Assembly: GCA_965216315.1 (NCBI GenBank) | Contig: CBDCFN010000016.1 | Coordinates: 2,277,060-2,341,059, forward strand | Direction of reading: 5' to 3' | From: a bacterium | Lineage (GTDB): Bacteria; UBA10199; 2-02-FULL-50-16; JAJFLM01 | Length of the DNA stretch: 64,000 nt | In this document: positions 8,299 to 17,333 of the stretch, in pieces | Position numbering within the stretch: position 1 is the stretch's first letter | Layout of the letters: every line of letters starts with the position of its first letter | Position numbers and translations under genes: made by a program | Notes under the pieces: model-generated | What the model saw: the letters and a program-made list of their open reading frames with translations, nothing else | Databases searched by the model: none | What the model was told of the DNA's origin: nothing

Positions 8299-10185
8299 CT
8301 AACCCTCACCATTCGGGTCTTGGATGACCATGCGTGCCGCCGCCGTCCAATAGTCGACGTCAATCTCCGCATCGACGAGGAGGCGTGCCCCGGCCAAGGT
8401 CGTAATCTCCGGATGTTCGTGGAAGCGAATCGGGATCAACGGGATAAAGTAAGGTGGGTAACGCTCCAATACATAATCAAGCAGCTCCATTTTATCATCG
8501 TCGCTAAGCCACTCGAGTCGCGCTAACCCCAAAAACCGAAAGGCCTGTCGCAAGTTGAGCGGCTTCGGATAGAGCGACACATGGGCCGTTTGATAGATAT
8601 TCCATAATTCGTGGAGGTGGCTCTCGATCTGACTGCGCTGTTTCTGCGGCGAGGTCACGCCGCCACCTACGAAGATGATGTGCTGTCCCGGATAACGCAA
8701 AAACCGTTTGGCAAATTCCGCAAATTTCTCGACATACTTACCCGAGATATAAACAGACTCATCAAAAATAAACACTGTCGGTTGCACGATATCATCGATC
8801 TCGCGGATCAAGCCGATGGCCCGATCACCTCCCCCCATCGCCTGGGCATCAAGCGAAACGACTCGGTGCCCCCTTTCTGATAAGACCCGTTCCAAATTCC
8901 AGATGAGAACCTCACTTTTTCCGGAGCCCGAAAGGCCGGTCGAAGAGACGAGCTGGACACCATCCTCAATCGCGCTAACGACCTGATCGACTTCGGAAGC
9001 ACGATAGTCACGAAGCGACTTATCCGAAGGATCTCGATCGATCGACCGCAGCAGCCGACTATCCTGAGTACGAAAGCCCACCACATGATAAGGGGATCGC
9101 GGTTGAGTCCGCTGCGATAAGTCAGGAATCGGCGGGGTCTGACGCGGGCGCGGAAATAGGTGGGGTCGATAAATAATCAAGGCATTGCGCACCGTCTCCG
9201 GCAAATTGGTAAAGGGCATCCCGAGCACACCCCGTACACGACGGAGAATGCGGCCGCCGCGTCCCGCAATAACCGATTCACGAAAACGGCTGATAGTCTC
9301 ATCATCCTTTAAATCCAATTGCATCGTGTAGCTGGAGCGATCGAGCAAGAAGGCCAGCCCCGGACGGCGCGCCACGTCCACGACCTGATCAACCGTAAAC
9401 TGATAACCATGACGCTCAATAATCTCGGACACAACTCGCAGCCAGCCGAGTTTAATCCGGGGGAGCACAATAAACCCAGCGAGTTCGCGTGGACTCCTCA
9501 GTTCATTGTATTTATCTTGAGCAAAGGCCTCGCCGTAATCGCCCGCAAATTCCTTCAGTTTATTGCCGATGGCATTGCGAGTTCCCTGATCGATCGTAAC
9601 CCCATCAAAGAAGCGGTAGGCATAACGGCCGACCTCACGCGCTTCGATCTGGAAGTCACTCACCATCCCACTCTTGCGCGCAAAATGAAGTAGATTTTGA
9701 TGGATCTGCAGAGCCAGTCGGGACTTGGATCCCGTAATTTCTATGGATGTATCACTCCTTCGCGTCAGCGATCCGTCCGCATTCCGTTGCCAGACGTACG
9801 TACAACTTCCATTGATACTGTCACCATTCCCTTTAAACTCGGCGTGCGTCTCAAAAGTATTTTCGTTGTGTCTCGCCACACGCAGGCAATCAAGCTTCAA
9901 GGAAATGTTCATTCCTTCAAAGGCATTAATCAGATCCTGGATGGTGACCCGCTCCCCAAAGAATTGCGCAAACGCTTGATGCAAAGCGGGATGCCGCGAC
10001 GCATCCTCAATCGCATAGTCGACATCGTCGATCGATACGGAGCTGAGCCGGTGCGTTTGAATAGGAAACGGCCCCGAAGGAGGATTTAAAATATCGAAAG
10101 AATCCCCGGAGGCCAGAACAGTCGTCATCAAGCCTATTGAGGCTAAACCGTTCGTATAGGAGGACACCACAGGCAGCATACTCAC
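8299..10185 (-). CDS. large protein of unknown function with C-terminal P-loop kinase-like domain (APS-kinase/small-molecule-kinase-like Walker A)
   Basis: 628 aa; track start is GTG at 10183-10185, an ATG lies two codons in (10177-10179); hydrophobic N-terminal stretch; Walker A STGLSGSGKSEV, then VSLDAQAMGGG, Walker B-like VFIFDE; lies between two TIGR02147-like genes with 28 and 65 bp gaps. Confidence 0.65.
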   Translation of the reverse strand: MSMLPVVSSYTNGLASIGLMTTVLASGDSFDILNPPSGPFPIQTHRLSSVSIDDVDYAIEDASRHPALHQAFAQFFGERVTIQDLINAFEGMNISLKLDCLRVARHNENTFETHAEFKGNGDSINGSCTYVWQRNADGSLTRRSDTSIEITGSKSRLALQIHQNLLHFARKSGMVSDFQIEAREVGRYAYRFFDGVTIDQGTRNAIGNKLKEFAGDYGEAFAQDKYNELRSPRELAGFIVLPRIKLGWLRVVSEIIERHGYQFTVDQVVDVARRPGLAFLLDRSSYTMQLDLKDDETISRFRESVIAGRGGRILRRVRGVLGMPFTNLPETVRNALIIYRPHLFPRPRQTPPIPDLSQRTQPRSPYHVVGFRTQDSRLLRSIDRDPSDKSLRDYRASEVDQVVSAIEDGVQLVSSTGLSGSGKSEVLIWNLERVLSERGHRVVSLDAQAMGGGDRAIGLIREIDDIVQPTVFIFDESVYISGKYVEKFAEFAKRFLRYPGQHIIFVGGGVTSPQKQRSQIESHLHELWNIYQTAHVSLYPKPLNLRQAFRFLGLARLEWLSDDDKMELLDYVLERYPPYFIPLIPIRFHEHPEITTLAGARLLVDAEIDVDYWTAAARMVIQDPNGEG

Positions 10186-10213
10186 TTCATCGCCGCTCTG
10201 CGTAAGAAGTTGC

Positions 10214-11062
10214 TTAAGCCTTGGGGCTCGTTAACGGAAACATGTGAATATTGACCTGAACGACCTCTTCCGGGGTTTCATCTGCGGAGACGAATTTGAG
10301 GATGTCCTGACGAAATTTTTGGACTTTTTTCTTGAGTTGCTCCAGCCTTTCTTTACGCACCCCGAGGGTCAATGCACTGATATCGCGTCGTTCTCCCGGT
10401 ACGGTATCAAGAACCTCCTTGGTCAACTCGAGCATATTATAATGATATGCAAATAATTCGATCGAGCGAACATCCGCCCCCGTCGAAACTAAACTATGGC
10501 TCTGTTTCCACCGACCTTTTTTATTGCGCTTGGCGAAGCCCAAGGTTTCTAATAATTCGAGAGAATGCGTCACATCGGCAACAGATACTTTCGGAAAAAT
10601 CCGTTCCGCAATCCATTCAGCAGTCCCGTCATATTCTTTTGCCGTAATGAGTTCGCGAATGACGGCATGGTACCAACGAGAGCAATATTCATATTGGTGC
10701 GTGCGTATCGGTTCTAACTGGTTATACTTTCTCGACCGCAGCATGCGTTGATAATAACGCTCTTTGTCCCGCTGATGTTCCTCCTGCGTATAATGAACCA
10801 GGTTTTCAAAAAATTCCGTCTCCTGCTTGTTCAGCTTGAGCGCCTTGGCCACTTTAGGAATGCTTTCTTGGCTCAAATTTCGCTTGCCCTGCAACACCAT
10901 CATAATGAAATTCCAGGACTTGAGGCCGGCACGCTCCGAGAACTTTCGATACGACATGCCCGCCCGGGTCTGTTTAGCAGCTTTGTACCAATCGTTTAGA
11001 AAATCACGATAATCTAGATAACTAAACGGGCTGACCTGATTGGCAATGCGTGACTGTGACAT
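10214..11062 (-). CDS. XRE-type HTH protein, TIGR02147/DUF4423-like paralog 3
   Basis: 282 aa; DYRDFLNDWYKAAKQTRAGMSYRKFSERAGLKSWNFIMMVLQGKRNLS; closest in sequence to paralog 5. Confidence 0.75.
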   Translation of the reverse strand: MSQSRIANQVSPFSYLDYRDFLNDWYKAAKQTRAGMSYRKFSERAGLKSWNFIMMVLQGKRNLSQESIPKVAKALKLNKQETEFFENLVHYTQEEHQRDKERYYQRMLRSRKYNQLEPIRTHQYEYCSRWYHAVIRELITAKEYDGTAEWIAERIFPKVSVADVTHSLELLETLGFAKRNKKGRWKQSHSLVSTGADVRSIELFAYHYNMLELTKEVLDTVPGERRDISALTLGVRKERLEQLKKKVQKFRQDILKFVSADETPEEVVQVNIHMFPLTSPKA

Positions 11063-11440
11063 AGGGGTTTCAATGATCTTATAACAACCCCCTCATCAAG
11101 TACACAGAAATTGGCATGATGCTTTTAAAGAAAAGAGGCTAATAATACCTCGCTTTTTAGCAGCGAGTTTTCTGTACACGCTCAATGCACAGAGCCTTGT
11201 TGCAGAGGACACCGGCAAGGCGGCACAGCAGGCAATGACGGGGCGACGACCGGAGAGACGCCGCCCCGCCCAGGGTTCAGCTAGCGGTATTGACCGATTC
11301 CAAGGAAACGGACGCACCCGACAACCACCAGCAGAGCCAGAGTGCCTACAGAGAGAAGAACTGATGACTCGCCCGAACAGTTAGTTATCGGATATATGAG
11401 GTCCGCGGATGCGGATTATCAGCAGAATATTCTATAATCA

Positions 11441-11456
11441 GTGTACTTTAGTACAC
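11441..11456. promoter_or_regulatory. palindromic operator-like site GTGTAC-ttta-GTACAC
   Basis: perfect 6 bp half-sites; preceded by TATAAT on the + strand; in the 445 bp region upstream of paralog 3. Confidence 0.45.
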
Positions 11457-11506
11457 TAACAAGTCTCATTTATTTAACAATTCTAAGCAACTATGATTAG
11501 TCGATT

Positions 11507-12652
11507 CTATAAAGCCGTCTTAAAAGTCCAACTCGTCTGCGGAATACTTTCCCCGCCGTCACAGTCGGTCTCCAGCAGCGTCGCCGTGTACGTCATGTTG
11601 TGCACAAAGGGAAGCGCGTGCGTACACTCAATAACCGTATTGCCAACAAAGAGAACCGACACGCACGCAATCGTGGCAGCCACTTCATCCTCGAGTTTGA
11701 TCTTGCCCGAATCAAACTGGCCGACATCAACGGGGCAACTGACCTTGACCCGTATCTTTTGCAACTCACCTATATCCGTTTCGCCACTAAAAGGAGACGC
11801 TGCGAGCACTCGCGGTCCGGAAGAGGATCCTCCTGCGGAACACGCGGAATCTTCGTCGCCATCATCGGGAAAGCCATCGAGGTCACAGTCCGGCTCTTCC
11901 ACATCAGGAATTCCATCATTATCGTCGTCAGGATCGTCTTTGTCATTGAGGCCATCTCCGTCGCGGTCACTCCACGCGCGCGGATCATTGGCCGCCGTTG
12001 CAATCTTACCTGTGCGCGCAATAGCCCCCAAATCGAGCGGGGTGTCCGAAGCCGGGATGTTGAAAGTATGAAGCGGAACGCCTCCGACTACTGAGACGAC
12101 TAAACGCGATTGGATCGAGCCTGCCGACCAAAAACTCATATGATAAAGTTGATTGGAGGGGACCTCAATACGGAAAGAACAATCGTCTTGAATATCGGAC
12201 TCATGAACCTCTCCATCGGAAGCGGTTAACTTGACGTGGTCGACCCCGCAAATCAGCTTCGGCGGGGTCGCGAAGGAACCGGGACCAGGCGCGGGCGGTT
12301 CCGGCACGGTACTTCCTCCCGTCGTAAACCCCGGGGCCAAACCTACCTGGTCGCCCGCGAATCCAGGATTGTCTCCCGGTGCCGGCTCCTCGTTCCCTGA
12401 AGGGGCCTTTTCTGCAATGAGTTTCAACTGACCCGTCACGAGAGCGATGGGATTGCCGAATTCGGAACCCCCTTGAGGATTACCAAATTCCGAACCTCCC
12501 TGTTCCTGCGGATTACCGAATTCGGAAGCGCCGGTCTTTTCGACCTCAGCCCCAGTGGGGACGTTATCGGGAGAATCAAGACCGCCTCCCGGTACACAGG
12601 ATGTCAGTAGGAATAACAGGGCCGTAATCGAAACAATTGAACGCGCGTGCAT
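11507..12652 (-). CDS. lipoprotein with three GSEFGNP motifs and thrombospondin-type-3-like Asp-rich repeats
   Basis: 381 aa; lipobox LLTSC; GASEFGNPQEQGGSEFGNPQGGSEFGNP; DRDGDGLNDKDDPDDDNDGIPD and DCDLDGFPDDGDED; paralog of 6189-7376. Confidence 0.7.
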   Translation of the reverse strand: MHARSIVSITALLFLLTSCVPGGGLDSPDNVPTGAEVEKTGASEFGNPQEQGGSEFGNPQGGSEFGNPIALVTGQLKLIAEKAPSGNEEPAPGDNPGFAGDQVGLAPGFTTGGSTVPEPPAPGPGSFATPPKLICGVDHVKLTASDGEVHESDIQDDCSFRIEVPSNQLYHMSFWSAGSIQSRLVVSVVGGVPLHTFNIPASDTPLDLGAIARTGKIATAANDPRAWSDRDGDGLNDKDDPDDDNDGIPDVEEPDCDLDGFPDDGDEDSACSAGGSSSGPRVLAASPFSGETDIGELQKIRVKVSCPVDVGQFDSGKIKLEDEVAATIACVSVLFVGNTVIECTHALPFVHNMTYTATLLETDCDGGESIPQTSWTFKTAL

Positions 12653-12701
12653 AGACTCTCCCTTTATACCATGTTGTCCCCCGTCAGGGAATAACTACCG
12701 A

Positions 12702-14180
12702 TTATTGTCTCAACAGCGCACGGCGCCCAAACAACACGCCTAATGCTGCCAAGGCCATCACGAAGAGGCCGAGTGTATTTGCCGCGTGAGGCGTCGCGTT
12801 CAGGCTACAACCACCCGATGTCGCGAGTGATTCACTTTCTTCACCCGTTCCATCACCGACGATAACTTCTTCATTTTCCGCCGGATTCTCTTCCGCATCC
12901 TCTCCCTTATCCGCGTCTATGTTTATAAGTTCGCCTTCACATTGATCATCACAACCGTCGCCATTTTCTTCATTCCCGTCGTCGCAGTCCTCTCCCTCAT
13001 CCACAATACCATTGCCACAGAGACCTTTTTCGAAGGCCCCGACATCCGAACTGACCCCAAGAGGCCTCGGAAAACCGCGCTGGTCTTCAGCCAGCTTGAC
13101 AATGATGGCGGCATCAATAGCGAGGCTGCCGGCTCCAAGCGCATGTGTGCGGGTGTCTCCGCCGTTAAAAGCCAAGGCTTGCAACTTAAGATCGGCACTG
13201 TCGACTCCCGATTGATCCGTCGTTTCCGTAAGGTTACAGGTTCCGTCGACATCAATGTTGCCACCACCCGATGTAATCGTCCCGAGACCACCGGACGTAT
13301 CGCAATTCGCGTCAACGCCGCCGGATCCGTCTACCTGTGCCAACAAACTATTATACAAATTCACTTCGCCATCACCGGCAACGAGATGAGCCGCTAGCAG
13401 GTCAGCACGATTATGATAGAAAGTGACATGCCAGAGATCCACATCGTCCGCGAGACTCACCAGCCCGCCACCGGTCGGCGCCGTATTGTTACTGATCGTG
13501 ACATTCACCAACTTGATGTTGCTAGAGCCCGTTCCAACGGCAACACCGCCACCAAAATCGGCAGCGCTATTGTCGCTGACCAAACAGCGCTCCATATCAA
13601 GCGTTCCGGTTCCTATCGCCAGACCGCCGCCAGCGTCGGCTTCATTGCCGATAAGCTCGACATCACGCAAAATAATATCACCGGATCCATCCGAATAGAT
13701 TCCGGCACCGGGTTCCGTGGGGCTCGATCCACTCTGAATCGAGAGTCGCTCAAAAGTTACGTTCGCATTATTTAAAACGTGAAACACTCGACTGTGTTGA
13801 CCACCACTGATAATCGGCAGAGGCAATTTCTTAAGCGGGATAGCACCCGAACTCAAACTCGGGTCCCCTTGGATGATGACATCATCCGTGATATCAAAAT
13901 CGCGCAGGCCATTCGCATCATCATCGACAAGCATCGTCTCATCGATTCCATAAATGCCGTTGGCAATGATAATCGTATCTTCGCCGGGATTGCTATTCGC
14001 TAGATTAATCGCCGCACGCAAGGTGCATGACGTTCCGCCACCGAGCATGAAGAAACAGATACCACCATCTTCCGTTCGATCCACGGTATAAGTCTCCGCG
14101 TGGACTTGAGCCGCCGCCAACATCGCGACAACCACCGCGCTAATAATTGAGAATTTTTTAATCGTTTCCAGTATACCCAT
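12702..14180 (-). CDS. secreted beta-helix protein with CSLREA-type motif, one Myxococcus-type cysteine-rich repeat and MYXO-CTERM-like C-terminal sorting signal
   Basis: 492 aa; signal peptide; CTLRAAINLAN motif; CGNGIVDEGEDCDDGNEENGDGCDDQC; C-terminus SGGCS...TLGLFVMALAALGVLFGRRALLRQ (Cys motif, hydrophobic helix, basic tail). Confidence 0.75.
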   Translation of the reverse strand: MGILETIKKFSIISAVVVAMLAAAQVHAETYTVDRTEDGGICFFMLGGGTSCTLRAAINLANSNPGEDTIIIANGIYGIDETMLVDDDANGLRDFDITDDVIIQGDPSLSSGAIPLKKLPLPIISGGQHSRVFHVLNNANVTFERLSIQSGSSPTEPGAGIYSDGSGDIILRDVELIGNEADAGGGLAIGTGTLDMERCLVSDNSAADFGGGVAVGTGSSNIKLVNVTISNNTAPTGGGLVSLADDVDLWHVTFYHNRADLLAAHLVAGDGEVNLYNSLLAQVDGSGGVDANCDTSGGLGTITSGGGNIDVDGTCNLTETTDQSGVDSADLKLQALAFNGGDTRTHALGAGSLAIDAAIIVKLAEDQRGFPRPLGVSSDVGAFEKGLCGNGIVDEGEDCDDGNEENGDGCDDQCEGELINIDADKGEDAEENPAENEEVIVGDGTGEESESLATSGGCSLNATPHAANTLGLFVMALAALGVLFGRRALLRQ

Positions 14181-14275
14181 GATCTTTCCTCCAGTTAGAA
14201 ATTTTTCGGTCCTACTAGTTATCGACTCCGGTGGGGTCTAAGTTGAGCGTCAATGAGGAATATTTACCTAAAACA

Positions 14276-14291
14276 GTGTACATGAGTACAC
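14276..14291. promoter_or_regulatory. palindromic operator-like site GTGTAC-atga-GTACAC
   Basis: 96 bp upstream of the 12702-14180 start, in an AT-rich promoter region. Confidence 0.45.
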
Positions 14292-14396
14292 ATATAATCT
14301 TAATAAAACTTAATTATTTTAATTAGTTAGATAATATTTATTTGAGATATTTGCGAAATTGTTGTCCACATAGACTTGTGGAGTCGGACTGAGGGG

Positions 14397-14434
14397 CATA
14401 AAAAAAGGGCCGGGCCCCGAAGAGCCCGACCCAG
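14397..14434 (-). terminator. intrinsic terminator downstream of 14455-14985
   Basis: minus-strand reading gives GGGTCGGGCTCTTCGGGGCCCGGCCC hairpin followed by TTTTTTT (forward A-run 14400-14406). Confidence 0.6.
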
Positions 14435-14454
14435 GTGTGTCTCATGCGTATGGG

Positions 14455-14985
14455 TTAGGTGTTCACAAAAGGATTAACTACCTTTGGCGCTTTCGACGTG
14501 GCTGGTTTGTATGGTCCGCCGCGATAGACGAACGGACTCTGATTCGCCCTCTTGTCGAGCGCGTCGATCTCGTCCGTCGAAAGGCGATGTTCCGCACAAT
14601 AGTCATGAATCTGATCGGATAGCTGCCAATAATTACTGCGATTTCCGGCCTTAATCTGACTGGCCGCTTGCTTCATCATCCCTTCCGCTTCGGCTTTGTA
14701 GAGCGCATGATTTTCCGTGCGTTCCAACGCAACGTTTACGGCACGTAATTTAACCGTTTGTACGTAACTCTCCGGCAAAAAAGAACCGAGTTCTTCCGCC
14801 CGAACGGCCAAATGATCCAAAGCCGCGTCGACAGTGACAAGACTTTCAAACTGGCCGGCCTCAACAAGCTCAACCACGCGCGTCATATCTTCATGTAAAC
14901 GCAGTTCCTGGCGATTCATCTGATTATAATTAATATTCGGTAATTTGTGTGTTGCTCGTATAGACATTGGTCTCCCCCAATACAC
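14455..14985 (-). CDS. hypothetical protein
   Basis: 176 aa ORF with ordinary composition; terminator immediately downstream; no recognised domain. Confidence 0.45.
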   Translation of the reverse strand: MYWGRPMSIRATHKLPNINYNQMNRQELRLHEDMTRVVELVEAGQFESLVTVDAALDHLAVRAEELGSFLPESYVQTVKLRAVNVALERTENHALYKAEAEGMMKQAASQIKAGNRSNYWQLSDQIHDYCAEHRLSTDEIDALDKRANQSPFVYRGGPYKPATSKAPKVVNPFVNT

Positions 14986-15066
14986 TTTGAGTTAATATTT
15001 TAATTCTCCAATGTCGCTTATTATCGGGAGATGCCATTGAAACGTTTCGTCGGCGCCTAAATTAAC

Positions 15067-15082
15067 GTGTACCATGGTCCAC
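15067..15082. promoter_or_regulatory. palindromic operator-like site GTGTAC-catg-GTCCAC (variant half-site)
   Basis: in divergent region between 14455-14985 and 15144-15686. Confidence 0.4.
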
Positions 15083-15143
15083 TAGAATACCTACCACTCG
15101 ACAGATACAACACAACGCACACACAATCGAACCGATAAACTAT

Positions 15144-15686
15144 TTGCATAAGGAGTTTGTCATGAGCATTTATTCACTTCCTAAAACACAGGACGAACAA
15201 AAAAATATTCTGACAGAGTCGGCGTCAGAACAGGAAGAAGACTATTCATTTACCATTGACGGCAACTTAATGGTCGACACGGGGGCCAATATAAGCACGG
15301 ATAAGGCCACCGCTTCGATGACTTTTCAGCTGGGCGGCACTTTCTTTTGGCATCTCCACCCTGACATCTCGCCCGGCTTTTACGTCGGTGCCCGCTATCA
15401 CTTAGTTCCGGAACGCGCCCATCGCGTCCACCGTGTCGGCCTCACTGCGAGTCCCGCGTTGATGATTCATCTAGCACGCACAACAATCATCGCCGAGGGC
15501 GGTCTACGCCCTCAATATAATCACACTGACGCGGCTTTTGATCTCGGCGGCGGAGGTTCCATCAATATTGTATTTTCCGATTGGGGCGTGGGCGTTTTTG
15601 CGGAGCAACACGACATTCTCATGGATAGAATGCGCGATGGCGTGAGTCTTGGTATCCGCCTCTTTACTCATTTTATCCTGTACTAG
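15144..15686 (+). CDS. hypothetical protein
   Basis: 180 aa ORF; GTGTAC-N4-GTCCAC palindrome about 62 bp upstream; start could be the second Met. Confidence 0.45.
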   Translation: MHKEFVMSIYSLPKTQDEQKNILTESASEQEEDYSFTIDGNLMVDTGANISTDKATASMTFQLGGTFFWHLHPDISPGFYVGARYHLVPERAHRVHRVGLTASPALMIHLARTTIIAEGGLRPQYNHTDAAFDLGGGGSINIVFSDWGVGVFAEQHDILMDRMRDGVSLGIRLFTHFILY

Positions 15687-15732
15687 GTCCTATCTTGCTT
15701 CCAGCATTGATTTAGTTTAAAGCTTGGAGCCC

Positions 15733-16572
15733 ATGTCCACCGCGATTTCAATCAAGGGGCTCTACAAGAAGTATGGCAAGTTTGAGGCCTTGCGCAATGT
15801 GGAACTCGAAATCCCACAAGGCGAATTTTTCGGCCTGTTGGGTCCTAATGGGGCCGGTAAAACAACCCTCATCAAGACGATTGTTGGCCTCGCGAAAAAG
15901 AATGCCGGCTCGGTTGAAGTCTGCGGCCTGGATGTCACTCAACACTATATCCGGACACGTGCCTTGATCGGCCTTTCTCCGCAAGAACCCAACGTCGACC
16001 GCTATTTTAAGGTCCGCAAATTGATGGAGTTTCAAGGCGGCTTTTATGGACAGTCACGAACGGAACGGCGGCACCGCACGGAAGAGTTGATTGAACAGTT
16101 CGGATTGACTGAAAAAATTAACACTCAATTCTGGCGGCTCTCCGGCGGCATGCAAAAGCGCGTCATGGTCGCGCGTTCGATGATGGCGTATCCTAAAATC
16201 CTCATCTTAGACGAGCCTACTTCGGGAGTGGATGTGGAACAACGCTATGAACTTTGGGAACAGCTGCGTGGCCTTAATAAAGATGGGACAACGATTATCC
16301 TCACCACTCACTATATTGATGAAGCCGAACAACTCTGCGAACGAGTCGGCATTATTGATCAAGGACAGATCATCGAAATAGGCCCTCCTCAAGAATTGAT
16401 TCAACGGCACTGCCAACAATACTTCATCGTCAATGGCGAACAGCATCAACAAATCAATGGACTGCAAGTCAATGACGTCCAAATTGAAAAAGGCAGCCTC
16501 GAAAAGGTCTTTTTGAAACTGACAGGTCATTCCATTCATCAAGATGAAGCTCGGGAGGACACGTCCGCATGA
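15733..16572 (+). CDS. ABC transporter ATP-binding protein (ABC-2 type)
   Basis: Walker A GPNGAGKTT, ABC signature LSGGMQKR, Walker B ILILDEP; track ORF begins at TTG 15724, ATG 15733 has GGAG SD. Confidence 0.85.
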   Translation: MSTAISIKGLYKKYGKFEALRNVELEIPQGEFFGLLGPNGAGKTTLIKTIVGLAKKNAGSVEVCGLDVTQHYIRTRALIGLSPQEPNVDRYFKVRKLMEFQGGFYGQSRTERRHRTEELIEQFGLTEKINTQFWRLSGGMQKRVMVARSMMAYPKILILDEPTSGVDVEQRYELWEQLRGLNKDGTTIILTTHYIDEAEQLCERVGIIDQGQIIEIGPPQELIQRHCQQYFIVNGEQHQQINGLQVNDVQIEKGSLEKVFLKLTGHSIHQDEAREDTSA

Positions 16573-17333
16573 AATCATGGAATGCAATCTCCACGCTGAT
16601 CGAACGCGAGTTCTATCGTTTTTTCCGTCTTGCCGGCCAGACTATTGCCCCACCGGTCATCATGACCATCTTATTTATTGTGATTTTCGGCTATTCACTC
16701 GGTAGTCGCATCCGTGAGATCTCGGGTTTTTCCTATATTATCTATATCATTCCGGGGCTCGCGGGAATGGGCGTCATCAATAACGCCTATGCCAATTGCA
16801 CCACGTCGCTTTTCATGGCGCGCAGTGACCGATCAATTGAAAACATCCTCGTCACTCCTATCAGCTATATACGTATCGTCTCTTCGATGGTCATGGGCGG
16901 CATGGCCCGCGGAATGATTGTCGGCGGCATCACCGTCGCGGTCGCCGTTCCTTTAACCGGACTCGAGATCGCATCAATCCCCGCCACGATAGGAGTGATG
17001 ATCCTTGTCGCAATTTGCTTCGCGTCCTTTGGAGTCATCAACGGACTCTGGGCTGAGAGTTGGGATCACGTCGCCACGGTAGCCAATTTCGTTATTACGC
17101 CGTTCATCTACCTTGGTGGTGTCTTTTATTCGATTTCCATGCTGCCGCCAACCTGGAGACAGGTCTCTGCCGGCAATCCACTTTACTACATGATTGACTC
17201 GATGCGCTGGGCCATCCTGGGCAGCAGTGATATCGATCCGTCAATCAGTATCAGCATCATCGCTGGGCTGGCCTTGATCACCTTTTCGACTGCTGTCTAT
17301 CTATTTCGGCGCGGCTACAAACTCGTTGTCTAA
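16569..17333 (+). CDS. ABC-2 family transporter permease
   Basis: 254 aa polytopic membrane protein; start overlaps ATPase stop by 4 bp. Confidence 0.8.
   Translation: MKSWNAISTLIEREFYRFFRLAGQTIAPPVIMTILFIVIFGYSLGSRIREISGFSYIIYIIPGLAGMGVINNAYANCTTSLFMARSDRSIENILVTPISYIRIVSSMVMGGMARGMIVGGITVAVAVPLTGLEIASIPATIGVMILVAICFASFGVINGLWAESWDHVATVANFVITPFIYLGGVFYSISMLPPTWRQVSAGNPLYYMIDSMRWAILGSSDIDPSISISIIAGLALITFSTAVYLFRRGYKLVV

Noticed and set aside
11493-12094. + strand ORFs 11493-12071 and 11600-12094 antisense to the lipoprotein gene 11507-12652
   Set aside because: Products are Ser/Arg-rich low-complexity; the - strand product has lipobox, GSEFGNP repeats and a clear paralog (6189-7376). A TATAAT at 11433-11438 on the + strand leaves open an antisense transcript but not a protein
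14270-14400. AT-rich stretch with short direct repeats (ttaat, taatta) considered as a possible CRISPR leader or array
   Set aside because: No regularly spaced repeats of 25-40 bp with unique spacers anywhere in the window; this is an ordinary AT-rich promoter region. No cas genes seen
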